Below, piece after piece: positions 63,471-64,000 of a stretch of 64,000 nt of DNA. The stretch lies in the NCBI GenBank assembly GCA_903832775.1, contig CAILCX010000100.1:41937-105936 (forward strand), written 5' to 3'. Numbering within the stretch: the first letter of the stretch is position 1; each line of letters starts with the position of its first letter. This DNA comes from an uncultured Methylobacter sp. Its GTDB lineage: Bacteria > Pseudomonadota > Gammaproteobacteria > Methylococcales > Methylomonadaceae. The notes under the pieces were generated by a model. The model had not been told where the DNA came from and ran no database searches. It worked only from the letters and a program-made list of their open reading frames with translations. The position numbers and the translations under genes were made by a program.

Positions 63471-64000
63471 ATGAGTGAGTCATCCCTGGCTGTATTACCA
63501 AAATCGGGTTTAGAAGGTTTAAAAGAAAACTGGCGAAGTGATTTGTTGTCGGGTTTTCTGGTTTTTCTGATTGCCTTGCCTTTATGTCTGGGCATTTCAA
63601 TGGCGTCAGGCTTTCCACCTTCGGCGGGTATTATTACGGCAATTATTGGCGGAATGTTGGTTTCGCGAATCAACGGGTCATTTATAACCATTAATGGTCC
63701 TGCGGCCGGCTTGATTGTTGTTGTGCTGAGTGCTGTTCAGGAACTCGGTCAAGGTGATGCGATGGCTGGCTATCGTTATGCCTTGGCTGCTATTGTCGTC
63801 GCCAGTGTGATCCAGATTTTAATGGGCTTTTTTAAGTCGGGTCGACTCAGCTCCTTTTTTCCGGCATCAGTTATACATGGTATGTTGGCGGCCATTGGCA
63901 TAATAATCATGGCAAAACAAATTCATGTCATGTTGGGTGCTGCGCCAGAGAAAGGTAGCAGTCTGTTTTCGACGATTGCCCAAATACCGCACAGTTTGCT
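63471..64000 (+). CDS. SulP/SLC26-family anion (sulfate/bicarbonate) permease, truncated by the window end
   Basis: Own translation: MSESSLAVLPKSGLEGLKENWRSDLLSGFLVFLIALPLCLGISMASGFPPSAGIITAIIGG...INGPAAGLIVVV; absent from the ORF track because no stop is reached. Confidence 0.93.
   Translation, partial: MSESSLAVLPKSGLEGLKENWRSDLLSGFLVFLIALPLCLGISMASGFPPSAGIITAIIGGMLVSRINGSFITINGPAAGLIVVVLSAVQELGQGDAMAGYRYALAAIVVASVIQILMGFFKSGRLSSFFPASVIHGMLAAIGIIIMAKQIHVMLGAAPEKGSSLFSTIAQIPHSL

Noticed and set aside
239-63691. The many 60-160 aa ORFs antisense to or nested in long genes (e.g. 774-1151, 7531-7869, 13809-14285, 26784-27194, 59132-59569, 63452-63691)
   Set aside because: They overlap well-supported genes on the opposite strand or frame and show no recognisable motifs, so they are treated as shadow ORFs.
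1-64000. rRNA, tRNA, riboswitches, intact IS or prophage genes
   Set aside because: None recognised by eye. A covariance-model search (tRNAscan-SE, Infernal/Rfam) of the intergenic regions would be needed to exclude small RNAs.

Overview
Chromosomal window from a gammaproteobacterium. The gene content and protein styles suggest Methylococcales, but this is inference: no methane-oxidation gene lies in the window. Housekeeping genes include leuS-lptE-holA, lnt, an ftsH paralog, pntAB, hppA and bpt/ate. There are three chemoreceptors, two diguanylate cyclases and a PilZ protein. The centre is a ~20 kb nitrogen-scavenging block (24003-44013): fmdA-fmdB-urtABCDE, an intruding PD-(D/E)XK-like gene, porin-ureJ-ureDABCEFG, and a divergent unit of a secreted unknown protein, a permease-fused hybrid histidine kinase and a REC-LuxR regulator. 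The strongest unexplained signal is a ~115-bp promoter module found twice, before the fmdA-urt unit and before the porin-urease unit. It contains a 38-bp block (36/38 identical) of two tandem GTCA-N2-TGAC boxes, a good candidate operator for the adjacent transporter-kinase system. In the fmdA copy the module leads into an unannotated 22-codon ORF whose stop overlaps the fmdA start. Other observations: a chimeric degenerate-kinase/His-less-Hpt/dual-REC/GGDEF protein, two sigma54-type promoters with enhancer-like repeats, a frameshifted patatin remnant, REP-like palindromes and a heptamer-repeat hairpin after leuS. No rRNA, tRNA, CRISPR array or intact transposase was recognised. All family assignments come from motif recognition by eye, with no database searches.
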